A stretch of DNA of 64,000 nt from Klebsormidium nitens (lineage: Eukaryota; Plantae; Klebsormidiophyceae). Location: assembly GCA_000708835.1 (NCBI GenBank), contig DF237377.1, positions 1 to 64,000 of the forward strand. The letters are read 5' to 3'. A program made the translations under genes and the position numbers. Below, one piece after another: positions 38,966 to 52,714 of this stretch; position 1 is the first letter of the stretch; each line of letters starts with the position of its first letter. Below the pieces are notes generated by a model, which worked only from the letters and a program-made list of their open reading frames with translations, was not told the DNA's origin and did no database searches.

Positions 38966-41702
38966 CGAAACGCAGCCCGCGCTTTGTGACACCAATGATA
39001 AAGCAAAACGGTGCACTCCGTCTGATACCAATGAAACGTACTCTCAAAGACCGAGAGTCGTGCAGCGGAATAGTTGAGAAATTCCTAAGGAATTTGGTGG
39101 TTGGTTTAGCACAAAGGGCAGGCAGCGGGAAGCAAGGAAACTGGGAGCTTTGGATAAATGGGAATGACCTTTCACTTAGAAAGGTCGGCCCTTTTATACC
39201 GAAGTCCAGGGCTCCTTCGCTAAGGCTTGCCTCGCCTAAGTCCTAAAGTCAACCAGTCCTGAGAAGGACTGTTGAGATGTATGAACCTGCAATGCAGCTC
39301 GCTAAGCAAAGCTTAGTCAGCGCACTCAAGTTTTAGAGTCAACGCGATCGCTCGACTCCGGGGTTACTTACTTAGTCTCGACCGTCGGATCAGAGTTTCA
39401 ATTCTATCCGTCGGTCGAAACCGGCGTTGAAAAGTTATACCTTTCAAGCGCGCGGCCGGTCTTTGCGGTCAGCGTGTCCACGCGACTTTACGGTGGATCC
39501 TGCACCACAGAAGACACCTCGTGACCCCATAAAGTCAGCACGCTTGTCCCTAAGTAGTGACCGAGCTAGGATCACAGGATTGTACTTGAATTCTGAAACC
39601 TTGAGATCAAGAGAAAACCTAGCGCCCCGATCAGCGTGAATACAGTGCATTGATGTAGACACGCCTGGGGTGGCAGCAAGAAGGACGAAGTGGCCGTTGC
39701 CGGAAATTTGGAAGTTCGTCGCAACGAAGTGGAGACTCTTGAGAAGGCAGAGTCAAGATGAGCGGATCTGACAGATGTGAGGATCCTTCTTACCCTAGGA
39801 CCCGCCAATATAGATCTCGAATGCGGCAAAGGCTACAAGGTTACAGAGGGGAACCACCTTCTTTGTTGCTTGCCTCGGGAGCGCCAATTTCAGTCGGACA
39901 AAGAGGCAAGCTTTATCATCGAACTATGGAAGATTGGTTCCTACAAAATGTAAAAGGGAGTATGGAAGAACCCTAGGATTAACGGGTACAGATCTGGCGC
40001 GATATTCGATGAAAGGATAGCCTCTTATGATCCTTAATCGAATATCTAGGATTGCATGACACGTACTTGTAATTCAGGGAATGATCGTATGACAAAGAGA
40101 TGACTTTCGCATCGAGGTCAGGACATAAAGGAATAAGAGTACATCGTGCCGGTGACCAGCTTGCATGTGGGGGCATTTTAACGGAGTCGTTGCATGTCAC
40201 GTCCCATGCCGCGATCGACACCGGGCCTTAGGCCCGGCCGGCCTCAGATCACTTAACCAATGGCTCCAAATTAGCATGGCTCAAATCCGACGCGACCATA
40301 ACTCGTTATATGAAACAGATTGAAAAGCATTCTCCTGATCCACCCACCGTCGCATTAGCAGCTAAGCTCTTCCATATAATGATGGCACCTTTTTATGTCA
40401 TACATGCGAATTGCGCATGTGTGTCAGCGATGTCCCAAATTACACGAGCGAATCAGTCGAATCTACGGTAGCGTCGGTAGGCGAGTAGGCTTTAATAGAC
40501 TAGTCGTAGGTCGAAGGAAACATAGGTATTGAAGTGCCAATGCACGAGTATACGACATGCATTTGTATGTCACGAGAAGCCCAGGCCCATGATGACATGA
40601 TGGCCGCACGGGCTACGGCTGTACGGCGCTCCGTCGTGTGAGCCATAACGGCGCTGTTGATATCTGCTCGCAAGCGCTCGAGCGTCCGATTGGCCACAAA
40701 CTTCTATCGACGGTGAAGCATGCAGAATGGGTAGGATAATGCCGTAGAACCGTCGACGCCCTGAATAGCCAGCAGGGTTGATTCAAGTTCCGCTTGAAGG
40801 TCGGTACCCCCTCAAAACCATCGTGATCCACCCTCGAAAAGTGCAATGAATGCGATTGCGTGGGTCCAGCTGGCAGAGCGCGATACGCCACTTGCTCACG
40901 TCATGCATGTGGACGCACAGCCGTCGATCGTTTTCCAGGCCATGGGTACTCACCGTCGATGGGCTAGGTTTTCGTCCCCAAAAAAGCGCTTCCCATGCGG
41001 GCAGGCCAAACAGGAATTCAGGCTTCTGATACGTCGGGAAGGATGCAAGCGGATCTTTTTCTCGTCATCCGTGCGCCGGCCAAACCGGATAGCGGATTTC
41101 TGCGGCACCAGCCTTGAGCGTTATCCATTTGAGATCTCAAAAGCGACATTGGCAGCACTCAGGGCAGCTTCTCCCGAGGGCAGCATTGCGCACACTGGCA
41201 CGTACGCTGTGCGCTCATTGGCTGACATTGACAGGAAGAAGTGACTTGCAATGCCAGCTCAAGCAACTGTCGCCAGCTCTATCCTAGGGTTTTCATGGTG
41301 TCTGAGCAGGGGTTTAGCTGGCGTTTGACTCGTGAGCTGTCTTCGTTCTGTGCAATGGCTGCTCGTGCAAGCAAGCATTGAGGGCTGCGGTTGCGCTGCA
41401 GAAAGTGGTTTCAGCAAGAAGAAACAGGCAATTGAGCTGGGCAATTGCGAGGGAGTGTGTCTGAGAACTAGTCTGGGCTAATGGCACGAGCTGAAGGAGT
41501 GTCGGAACGCCCCAGTGAGCTGCCGGCATTGTAAGCCCCGAGTGCAATAAGCTGCAGCGCGTGCCAATAAGCGGCTACTCGCTGCACAATAAGCGTGCAA
41601 TGCATGCTGGCCCTGCTGTTCTTCCCTTGCCCCCGCGCCGCGAGTAAAGCGCAGGGGGGCGGCATTGCAAATAAGTCGGGTGGGGGTGCGCCCAATGCAG
41701 CA

Positions 41703-44678
41703 ATGGCACATGGCTCTTCGTTCGGGGACACAACCTACACAAAAGTCTTTGTGGGGGGGCTCGCTTGGGAGACGGGGCGGGAGACCATGCGGACGTACTT
41801 TGAGCAGTTTGGGGACATCCTCGAGGCCGTTGTTATTACAGATAGGCAGACGGGGCGTTCCAAGGGCTACGGCTTTGTGAGTGCCCAGCTCAGAGCCTTT
41901 GTTTTGAAACGTAGCCACGTCGGTCGTGAGGGTTTTGCGCAGGCCTTTATTGGGGCATCCAGAGCCAACCCAAATGCTGGAATGTCTTGAGAAGCCCCTC
42001 TGTGGGTTCCGACGGGGCTCAGATTGAAGTGTTGTGTGTAGAGCCCAATTTGAGCATTTTGCACCAGTTTCAAGGCCACTTTACTCTAGCAACCCCTTCT
42101 TCTTCATACCGGTTCTACTTTAAACTGAGTGTTGTAGTAGAGCATACAAAAATGCTGGCCTTGCATTTTTCGTTCCGCTTGACGATCTGCTGACTCTCTC
42201 TCTCTTTTGAGCTCATAAGGGGAACTGGGGCTTTCAATGTATCTTGTTTCGAAATTCGAACTCATTGTGTGGTCAGCTTTGACCCACCGCTTCTTCCGCA
42301 GGTTACATTTAAGGATGAGGAGTCAGCTAGACGAGCGTGTGCAGACCCCACCCCCATCATCGATGGACGGAGAGCAAATTGTAATCTAGCCAGCTTAGGA
42401 CAGAAACCCAGGCAGGGCCGGGGGCCTCGATTAGACGCAGGTAGGTGGTTGAGATCCCTCACCTCATTAGTACATGATTCAATGAACGGACTTCTTCTGC
42501 GTGCATCTTGAACAGCCTGAGAGACAAAAAACCATGTAAAGGTTTGGGCAGTTTCAGTGTGGGGCATAAGGGATTATGCAGACATACTTCAGGGGCGTAA
42601 GGGACTTTGAAAGATATCTTCAGGGTTGTTACAGTTCCTGAAGCGCCCCACTTGAAGCTCAGAGTGCTGTCGATGTGAGAAACTGTGGCAAGGTTGTCCT
42701 AGGTTCTTGATTGGTCTGGCATCTGCGTTTCCTTTGACCAACCAGTATTTCAAGCCAAGACTGAAGGACTGACAAAACGTCCTCAATCCAAAGTCTCACC
42801 ACATGTCTCCAGCCCAGTTTCCATCCTCTTTTTGAATCTCCATCCATTTCCCAACGCTAGTCTATCAATTGATTCCTCCTATGCGTTCCATTGGTTTGTC
42901 GGTTTTGCCTCAGTCAAGCGTAGGTTTCATGTATGTAGACAGCTATCTTATGTTTGAAAGTTCTTGCCAGCTGTCATCTGCAGCTGTCGCCAGCTGTCAA
43001 GTATGGGATGTTTCCTCTACAGGTCCTCAAGGCGCCGGACCTGGCTTCCCCTCCTTTCCCCAACAAAACCCTTATGCATACCCCCCAAATCCCCAACCCT
43101 TTGCCTTCCAGCCATTTAGGTGAGCACAGAGAAGTTTCCGTTGAAGCTATGACTGCAGTTCTGGGGCCATCATCTTTTCCAGATTGAGCTTGTACCAAAT
43201 GGTTTGTCCATGTAGCCGTTCTGAGAAGGGCTTTGTATCTTCTGGAGGGCTTGTCAGGAAGTGTCCGGTCCTGTTACAATGGGTTTATGTATCCCTTCGA
43301 TGCATATAGGGCAACATGTGCTTTTGAGAGCATATTGTGGACCCGTGCGTTGTCGCAAGCACCCTCCAGGAGACGTTGGGTTTTGCATTTACAGACGCTA
43401 GTGAAGGTCTACTCGACAGGGAGTCAAGATCCATTCTGACGCTTGGCAAGAGAAAAGTAACAACAGCTTAACTCAAGTTCTTGTAATGCAGTTTTTCACA
43501 ACCACACTTTGACAGCACAGGCGCTTACGGTTTCCAACAACAACAGGTAGGCCAAAAGAACGGCACCATAAGAACAGCTCAGGCTAGTTTTGGATGGTCG
43601 GTGTGATCATGATAGGTGGTGCTAAGTGGTATCGTTAAGATACCGTGTTAGAAGACTTTTGAATTGCTCTCCGCTTCAGAGCGTGGATTGATTTTCAATC
43701 TCATCCTATGAATGCATGCCTGAATCTTCACTAGCGAAGTGGTCCAAGCAAGCGGCGCCATGACCCTCTCAAAAGTCTCATCAAGTTCCTCCCCTTCCAC
43801 CTGTTCATTGGTTTCTCTTATTGCAGTTCCCCTACGGTCAGCAGGGCTACATTACAGGCCCTGCAGCCGGCTTCCAAAACCCCCCTGGCGGTCCCGCATA
43901 TGGTGGCTACCCCACTGCCTTTGGGCAGTTCCCACAGCAGCAGGGTTTCGTAGGAGGTACGCCTACGGCCACAGTTTTTAGGGGATTGACGAGGTGGCGG
44001 AACGGGTGGTAGTTCAAGGTTGGATTAAAAGAATGAAAAAGAGCGAGGGACTTCCAGTATTGTATTGCAACGTGCTTGTCGGTCGGTGAGATTGTTGCTG
44101 AAGGAATGATAGTGATCAGGCGATGTCTGGAGATGTCTGTCAAATGTCGATGAGGGCTGACAAGATGTCATTTGATATGACTTTCTGAGGGGCTGAATCA
44201 GTGCCTGGACATGGCTGAAAGAAGATTGCATTCGCCTTGCGATTGAATGTGAAGGGATAGTGCAGGATTTAACTGATGCTCAGATTCTTCGACAAAAGAT
44301 AGGAGAGAGAAGGAAAGACAGGCGACGACGATGCAGCGTCTCGTTTCCACTGACCTTTGGGGCAGGATGAAGACGAGCAACTCCAAACTTTTGCCTCGTT
44401 TGCCTCGACGTTTCTCAAGCGTCCGTTTTCGACTTGCAGGCGGACAACCAGGGGCCGTCTTGCAACCGGTCTACCCAGTCCTAGGTCAGCAGCAAATGGG
44501 AGGGGGGGCGGGGCAACACTTCCAGGGCCCGGGACAGCCCATGCCGATCCCCCAACCCCTTCCACAAGGCCCCGGGGCCCAGTCCGCGCAGCCCGGGGGG
44601 CAGCAGCAATATACTGGGCAGCAACAATACCCAGGACTAATACCGGGGGGAAACGACGGCAGTGGGCCGACCGGATGA
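41703..44678 (+). CDS. RRM RNA-binding protein, RBM24/RBM38 (SEB4/ARP1)-like, with Q/G/P-rich C-terminus
   Basis: [20 protein letters not shown]...[49 protein letters not shown], followed by four low-complexity exons; stop at 44676-44678. Confidence 0.92.
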
Positions 44679-46133
44679 GCGCCCCCTCGCCCCCCCCAAC
44701 GAGAAGGTTGTAAAACCACGCAGCCGCCGAGTTTGGGGGGGCGTTTTTGTGCGCGCTGTCGTCTGTCCTGGGGGGCCGAAGGTATTTTGAACACGACAGT
44801 CTCGAGCCTGGGGTCCGGTCTCCCGTTAACAGGTCAGAGCGCTGTACGATGCGGTTTACGGATCCATTGACCCCCGGGACAAGAAATCATACGCCGTGTG
44901 CCTAACTAGGCGGTCGGCCGGTCCTCCGTCCGCCAGAACTTTAGAGCCTCAATGCAGTAGAAAGGCCCGGCAAGTAGTTCCCATGCTTTGGGAAGCGGCC
45001 CATATACAGCATTGTCAGATAGGTGAGGCGCCTCAGGCGATGATGAGCGTGGGCACTCCGAGATCAGGGCTGGCCGCCAAGCAGCGCAGACGCAGCGTTG
45101 GGCGACCGAGGGCCGAGCCGAGACATTCCGAATGTGTCTGTGTATAACACGAGTTCGAGCAAAAAGTTGCCGACAACTACAGGAGGCACTCGGGAATCAC
45201 GACTTCGAAGCGGTTCATTCCAATGCGGGCATGTTAAAACTATGAGTGTCAGGTCTCATGCGCCAATCCGGATTAGTCGAGTCTATTAATGGCACCATGA
45301 TGTGTCTGCCACGCGACCATCATTGCATTCTGTATGTACGTGCCATGTGGAATGGGTGTACTTCGCTATAGGAGAGGCCCGAATGATCACAGCCATGCTT
45401 GTCTTGATTCCCTCGCTGCTGCGACTATGTACAACGATTTACATGACAGTTGCTGCACGCTGCGCCCAGCTCATGACTGAATGTGCACGCGAGATTGACA
45501 GTTGCACCATGCACGTGCACCCACGATTGGTGCAGCGATCCGCCTGAGTCGAATGCACATGCGGCGGCATGCATACAGAATTGATTAAGCTCTACAGTGC
45601 AGCACCCAGAGTGTTTTGTCGGGATGGGTTGTGACACATGTCAGTGCATCCGACTACAAAACTCATGACTACGATGTAATCGCGCTTAAGCAGGGAAGCT
45701 CATGCATTGTACGTTCGTAGTCGATGGTGCTCAAACGTCTTGCATCCCAACTAGTGCACGAACAATATCTATAAGCACACTCCAGAGTGTCCTGCAGCTC
45801 AACATACACAAAGGATCCGGCCTTTCATCTGAAATCCTTTTCAAGAGACTCGACTTTCGGACTTTGAACGGAAGCATTACACACCAATGTGGGGCCCCCA
45901 TGGCCTAATTTAGCCTAGAAACAGGACAAAAACTCATTCAGCGGCCCTTCTTGCAATATGAAAGCTGCAGATTCACAAGGACATCCTTTGCAATACAAGT
46001 CGAGTAGGACTCTTCGACTCAGAAGCTGATCTGGAATCAGCGGGAAAGGTTGTTTGTGGGCCGGAATGATTCTCGAGGGGTTGGCACCTTCCTCAGATGG
46101 AAGAATCTTGGACAAGCAGTTGATGCCTTGTTG

Positions 46134-47196
46134 TCAGTAGCCACTGCAAAGGACAGACAAGGCAAACTCTGAATGGACGCGACATGAAGCAAAGACAAAC
46201 TCGATGTTGCAGATATGTTGTTTACTCATAATCCACTCATAACGCACATATTATCTGGCTCAATTAGCTTGGGAAAATCTGAACATCAGGATCTAATGAG
46301 CTTAAGTAACAAGACGATTGCGGGAATCTGCTTTGTAACAACTTTCTTCTCAGAATGCACGACTGTAAGAGCAGCAATCCCTTTTCCCCCTGATATCGGC
46401 TTTATGTGTACCATTTAACACAGCATACAGCATGTTAAGATACCTTAAAAGATCACGCGGGTCGATCCCGAACCCACACAGCATGCATAAGAGACACAAA
46501 GTATTGAGCAACGTCGACCTGCCATGTGCTCATTGAAACCCAGCATTTAAAATCTATTCGCGGACTACTGTACAGTCTCAATTTCATCTTGTGTCGGAAC
46601 TGCCACCAACCAGATTCATCAGTTCACGAAGTAAAATGCAGAAGCGCTGGCCTCTCAGATCATCCGCACCGACCCAGCATCAGTGGAGCTCCGTTCCATC
46701 TCTCCAGCATTGAAGAGCCATGGACAACCACCGGCAGAACAGTCTCCCGCTGCTTCAAAAGGCAGTTCACATGTCTGATTGTTTTGAACACAACACAAGC
46801 CCCGGCACCTCACCTCTCCTTCCGCGCCATCGCCAACTTGATCAGCCTGCGCAGCTCCTGCGACTGTATCCGGTATGTCGTATCGCTCCGCTCCTTTCGC
46901 CGCCGCTGGTTCGGTTTAATATAGAACGCCCGCTCTTTCAATGCCCGCTGCATGCCAGACTCCCTAAGTTCCCTAGTGTAGTCCCGAATGGCCATGTCGT
47001 CCCGCAAACCCGATTCTTGTTCGGGAGAGTCTATCACGATCCTAGGCTGCGACTTTTTGTGTCTGACTTGAAAGTGGGCGCAAACTGCAGAGGGGACTCT
47101 ATATTCTGCAGAAGCCAGCTCGGGGTTGATTGATGTCGTACGGAAGCCATGAAGGAAGTGACGGAGCGGCCCGGCGAGGCCCCGCAACTGCAGCAT
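46134..47196 (-). CDS. rps21: Nuclear-encoded organellar (probably mitochondrial) ribosomal protein bS21
   Basis: Exon 47196-~46815: N-terminal presequence, then RELRESGMQRALKERAFYIKPNQRRRKER...IQSQELRRLIKLAMARKE. Inferred 10-nt last exon 46143-46134 (..SGY*). Last exon is tentative. Confidence 0.75.
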
Positions 47197-47425
47197 GTCC
47201 AATCGGTGGCGTTCTGACGTGCGACAGAAATGCTAGTGATCTGCGTGGCGCCTTGCTTTTGAGATGGCGCAAAGAGCCTTCTCACCTTCTTCTCCTTCCT
47301 TCTCCTTCTATGGTAGGGATGCTAGCATCATTAGGCTTCAGCAGTTTTCGCTGCTCCTTATGGCCTTCGAGCCCTGCTTCTGATCTGCGTCCCTCTCCCT
47401 AGGCTATCCAGTGTCTGATCAGTAG

Positions 47426-47553
47426 NNNNNNNNNNNNNNNNNNNNNNNNNNNNNNNNNNNNNNNNNNNNNNNNNNNNNNNNNNNNNNNNNNNNNNNNNNN
47501 NNNNNNNNNNNNNNNNNNNNNNNNNNNNNNNNNNNNNNNNNNNNNNNNNNNNN
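47426..47553. other. Assembly gap (128 N)
   Basis: Run of N between the divergent bS21 and DUF1749 genes. Confidence 0.99.
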
Positions 47554-48305
47554 TATCCGAATGGGAAATCCGAATTTCTGACTTTCCGAACGCAGATAAT
47601 TATTTATTTATTCGGAATCATCACGTTGGACTACGGTATGCACCGACTCAGAAGTATGCAAACCAGGTTGCCGAAGACCTCTAGCCAGATCGCAGTGATT
47701 CGGCGCGTTTACTTGACACTGCTTTTGTTGTTTTGTCCATCCTCCAGACTGTTTGCCTGGATGGTGCCTATACAGATCGCCCAAAACGCTGTATTGCAGA
47801 GGAATGTGTGCATTTCGCCTCAAGTGACTCTGAGCCTGAGGTTTGTTTCGGTTGTGGCTTGTTCTTCACAAGAGTGGTGCGCCTCAACACTGATTGGTGG
47901 TTGTCTGATGTCTGAAGTACGAGCTGGTGCACATCCTGACTGCAAGAAAGGGATTTTTGTGGAGGTAGCAGGCGGTGGCTGCAGCGTGCTGGGAGATTCA
48001 TGATCTTGGGATCAGTTGCAGCTCTAAGGCCTGACGGCCTTCTTTGGACTATCCACACAGGACAGGAGTTTAGTACGAAACAAAGCTGCACTGATTGGTC
48101 CTGCATCACTTCAACCCACCCCAAAGTGAATGCAAGTTCTTCCTTGGAATCTCTAAATTTTCACTTGCGGCGTGCTTTTAAACCTCGAGAACCTACAACA
48201 TTGTTCTGGGATTGCTCCCAGAAACTCCTGCAAATCAAATCAAAGTGGAATGCTTTGGCCAAAGGACCTGTCGCTCAGAGGACAGAAGTGGTAGAGCCGC
48301 CTGCA

Positions 48306-51300
48306 ATGGCTCCAAAGAAGGAGATGCTGGGGAAGCTCTTCAAATATGGCGACAAGGGAGTACAGGTAACACAGACCATCTCAGCTTTTCAAGATGACCT
48401 GCTGATTCAAGTGGCCTGATGCTTCAGCGAATCTGGAAGGGTTGATATTGCTCATATTCATAAGATTCATCAATTGCAACCTGAGTTGCTGCAGTTTCAC
48501 TGATTGCCAGAGCAATACCAACTCAACAGAAAGAAGCTTTCAGCTACTATGTTGAGCAGAAAGCTTGCATAGCCGTTTCACAATCTGATCAGGCTTCACT
48601 CTCAATTGCTGAATAAGTCCCAGCTTGATCGACTTTCAAGTATGACAGTCAGCAGTACCAGCCTTGCTTTGAGGGACATAGGGCTGAAAGTTTCAAGCAA
48701 CTGAGTGGTGCAGAATATGTTGTGAACATTCCACAATGAGTGCATCAAGAATTATGGATTGCTTGCATTTCTGCCTCGATCAGGTGGCCTTTCGTAGTGG
48801 AAACTTCTCCAAGCAGGCCATCTTCATTGGCGGTCTGACGGATGGGCTTTTAGCTACCAAGTAAGTCTGGGCTCAGACACATGCAGATGGATTGTTGAGC
48901 TGCTTTTTCTCACACAGAGCGCTGACACATTCTCGTTAGTCTTTTTTTGGCCAATGTGCCATTGCCTATGTCAGGAAATGTCCTGGGAGCTGTGACTTGA
49001 AGAATGCACGTGGGGGCGCAACTTAGTGCGGAGTATTTGAGAGCCTTGTGATTGCTCCCATAGTCAAGCTGGTTTCCGCCTTGACTTGGGTAAATATCTT
49101 CAGGCTGTACACCTGATGTTCCCACAAGAATGATGCTGATGCTGGACATCGTTTTTGAGTACTCTCGCTGGCAACACTTCAGTATTCATCAGTCGACAGT
49201 CATATTCAATCGGCAATTCAAGTCTGTGCTTTCTCCTCCTAGCAAGCCAGCTATAGCTTTCTGAGAAATCTGCGTCTGTCAAATGTGCCTTACTCATCCA
49301 TAAGCCTTTCTCTATCTCAACAGTAAGTGTCCTGCTCGCAGATATGTCGAGCCTTTGGCCCATGCCCTTGGTGCAATCCAGTGGTCACTGGTACAGCCCC
49401 TCTTCTCTTCCTCTTATACCGGCTACGGAGTCTCCAGTCTAGACCAGGTGAGATTCTCACACCAACATAACCGTCTCCGTGTAGACGTTGCTTGGAGTGC
49501 TGAAACGCTGGCCCCTTGACTTGCTGGCGACTGCAGTCAAACATTCTTATTAAGCCTCCGCCTAAAGAAAGATCAGAGAAAATTCACTGTAGCCACTGCA
49601 GGACATGCGTTTGGCAGTAGGTCGACAGACGAAAGGAGAAAGGAGCAGCGGAAGTGCTACTTCTAAACGATCGCCGTTTCCAAGTTCCCAATCGGTATAA
49701 TGACCTTTGGCTGCAGGATGCGCAAGAGATTGAGAGCCTGATCAAGTTCCTGGTGAACGAGGAGGGCTCGGAAGGTGTGGTTCTAATAGGGCACAGTACA
49801 GGGTGCCAGGTAAGCGGTTCTGGTTGAGGAGAGTCTTGAGGACTGGGAAGCAGTTGTGTTGATCGCTCCTTTCCATCATAAGAAGCGCGTGATTCCAAGA
49901 GGGCAACTTGATCTGCTTCTTCCGTTGGGTTCCAATTGTCGAGCTGCTTAGCTCCTTGCAAGGCATCCGGCCCCCTCCTCAACTCCTCCTTTGAAAACCG
50001 CTCAGGAGGATTGTGACGTTTGTCAGATTGAAGCTGCTCGTGTTCAATTCCTCAATGAGGCATCGACGTCAGCAGTGACGGACTTGAAGAAAGCGAACAA
50101 TGATAATTGACAAGCAGCCTTCTAGTCTCTCCAGACTTTCGTTAAGCTGGCTTTTTCTTCTGCCTCTTACTCAGTACTCAGCCATTGCTACGTGGAGTAT
50201 CAGTCCATTTGAAACCCGCAACCTCTGACCTTCTCCCACAATCCCATCGCCGACCCCGTTTTAGCAAGCAATGCAGCACCCCCCTGTTACTGCTCTGTAG
50301 CTGATCCCAAACGTTGTTACGAACTCACATCAACGGACAAACCTCCGAAGAGGTCGTCTCAACTTTCGAGACCATCAAATCTTCGACTCGCAGACCTCAA
50401 GAGCTCCAAACTTGTTTCTTTGGGGGCAACTGCGCACTGACTCGTGGGTTGCGGCCGTATGCTTGCGTGCCCCCTTAGCCCGAATCCCGCGACCATGCCA
50501 ACCTGTATCGCCTCAGCACCCGCTCCAAAAGATTCTGAGATGCTAGCTTTTCTTTGCGAAGCAGTCTTTATCGAATGCTGCAACTTCATCTTCCCGCAGG
50601 ACATTGTGCACTACCTGCGCGTAGGTGGCGTGTGCACGCGCGCGGTGCGGGGCGTGATTTTACAGGGTCCGGTGAGCGACCGGGAGTACTTGGCGACCAT
50701 GCCTGACACCGCCAAGCACCTGCAGCTCGCCGAGAAGATGATCGCCGAGGGGAAGAAGCACGCGCTGATGCCCCGGGAAGCCAGCCCGGAGGCACCCATC
50801 ACTGCGTACAGGTGAGGCGGGGGGCCGGTGTGATTTCTGGTCGGTCGGTTGACGGGCCAGGGATAGCCTTCTCCCGCGATCGGCGAACCGCCGGGTTCTG
50901 AGGTGGCAGGTTTGGTTGGGTTTGGTATGAGTTTTGGAGAATTGGTACATGAGGAGTTAGAAGTGTTTCAAACCTGGCTGGCCGAAGCAGATCGTTCACA
51001 AGCCAGTTTGCGACAGGTGTTCATGTGCGATGCGCCTCTTGGCACTTGAAGGGATTGTTTTCAAAGAGTTAGCGGCTGTCGAGTTGATTGTTGCACGAAG
51101 TCTGATGTCAAAGTTTCCAAGGGTCCACACTCTCTGTCCTCGAGGATTGACAGTGCATGGGGCATTGACAGTGCCCGTCCCCTTTTAACGTGCTTCGAGT
51201 GGTCCCTCTAGCCACTTGGTTCCTGCCTCAATCTGCTCCAATAACTCCTCCGTTGCGGGAAACCGTTCAGTCACAAGCAACTCTCAAGGACAAAGTCCTC

Positions 51301-52714
51301 GCATTATATTTCTCGTCGTCTTTCGTAGGACTTGAGATCCTACAGACACCCGTCCGTCGCACTGAGACTACTGGCTCAAGTTATTTGTAAGCAACGACGA
51401 CATGTCAGCAGCGACTTGAGAGTCTCTCTCTTTGTCCCATCTTTCCGCTCAATTGCCCTCAGCTCAATTAACCATTACATCATTGCAGCCAGGGTCTTCG
51501 CAGTTTTTTGCGGCCAAAAATCAGGATTTCCGCATAACCACATTGGCCAATACCACTTGCTGGCATCGCCGGTGAGGGACAACAACATAATCAGCAGCGG
51601 CTTGAGCCGTTCTCTTCCATCCATTCTCCCACTTGACGTCTTCATTCTGCCGTCTATTCCAGTCATCAGCAAATACTTGGAGTACTGAGTTCCCGCGGTG
51701 TCTTGCGTCTGCGAATACGGATTCTCAGATAGTCCCTTTTCCAGGTACCACTCGCTTGCGTCGCCAGGCGGGGACGATGACATGTTTAGCAGTGACCTGC
51801 CCCAACAGACGCTGGAGTGGAAGCTGGGTCACATGGCGCTCATCCCCACCGCCATCATCTTTTCAATGCAAGACGAGTTTGTGCCCCCGCATGTCGACAA
51901 AGCGGCCCTGCTGAAAAGGTGGGCAGTCTCCCTCAGATTTTTCGCTTGGTTCGTCAAAGGAGATTTGACCCCCGTTTTAGGTCTTGGTTCTTATACTTTT
52001 TGAGATGCTTTGCAAAAAGAGCCTCAAATTTTGAGACTGTTCAGAACCGGTGGAAAGAGAAATTGGATTGCAATTTGCAGTCCCAGACCCCACCCCGTCT
52101 GGTACTCTGTCCGCGCGCAAACGGTTTGCACAACGTCACTGACTCGATGGCGGTCTGAACCATCAGCGCGGCCGTTATACAGTCTGGAAACTATGCCAGC
52201 AACCAGCATGTCAAACCACGCCGGCTGTGATGTTGTCACCCTCTTTTGCTCGCGCACAGAGGACTAAGTGGTGTGGTGGTTCGGACTGCATTTCCAGTCC
52301 GTTTTCTCCTTCCATCCGTTCTGTCATCTTCTTTCCGCAGGGCTTCGTCTTCTCGGATCTTCTCTTTCGCATGGCTTTTTGCTGGTTGCAAGCGAGATTT
52401 GTTGCAACAGTCACTCGAAGCAATTCTGTTCTTTTGGGCACGTCATAGCCAAACAATCTTGCCGTATATCACGGACGGATGTTTTGCACAGGCGCTACGC
52501 ATCTATCGGGCTCTAGCTCTGGCTCGTCGTTTAGGGAAAGGGCGAAGCAAGTTCTGTTCTGTGCAGGTTGAGCAAAGCCATGGGCGGCGCGGAAGCGATC
52601 GCAGTGCAAGGTGGGGACCACAGCTTATCAAATAGAACGGCAGACGCAGTGCACTCTATCATCGAGTTTATTCGAAAAGAAGGACCAAAGGGCTGGGACG
52701 ATCCGTGGACCTAG
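48306..52714 (+). CDS. UPF0613/DUF1749 alpha/beta hydrolase (SidJ esterase-like)
   Basis: Seven exons: LFKYGDKGVQ-VAF...IFIGGLTDGLLAT-KYVEPL...SSYTGYGVSSLDQ-DAQEI...VVLIGHSTGCQ (GxSxG nucleophile)-DIVHY...ILQGPVSDRE-YHSL...DDDMFSSDL...DEFVP-GDHSL...EGPKGWDDPWT*. Confidence 0.92.

Noticed and set aside
40500-41300. Minus-strand pseudo-coding fragments (..PEFLFGLPAWEALFWG.., ..ANRTLERLRADINSAV..)
   Set aside because: Interrupted by stops, no consistent exon chain and no recognisable family.
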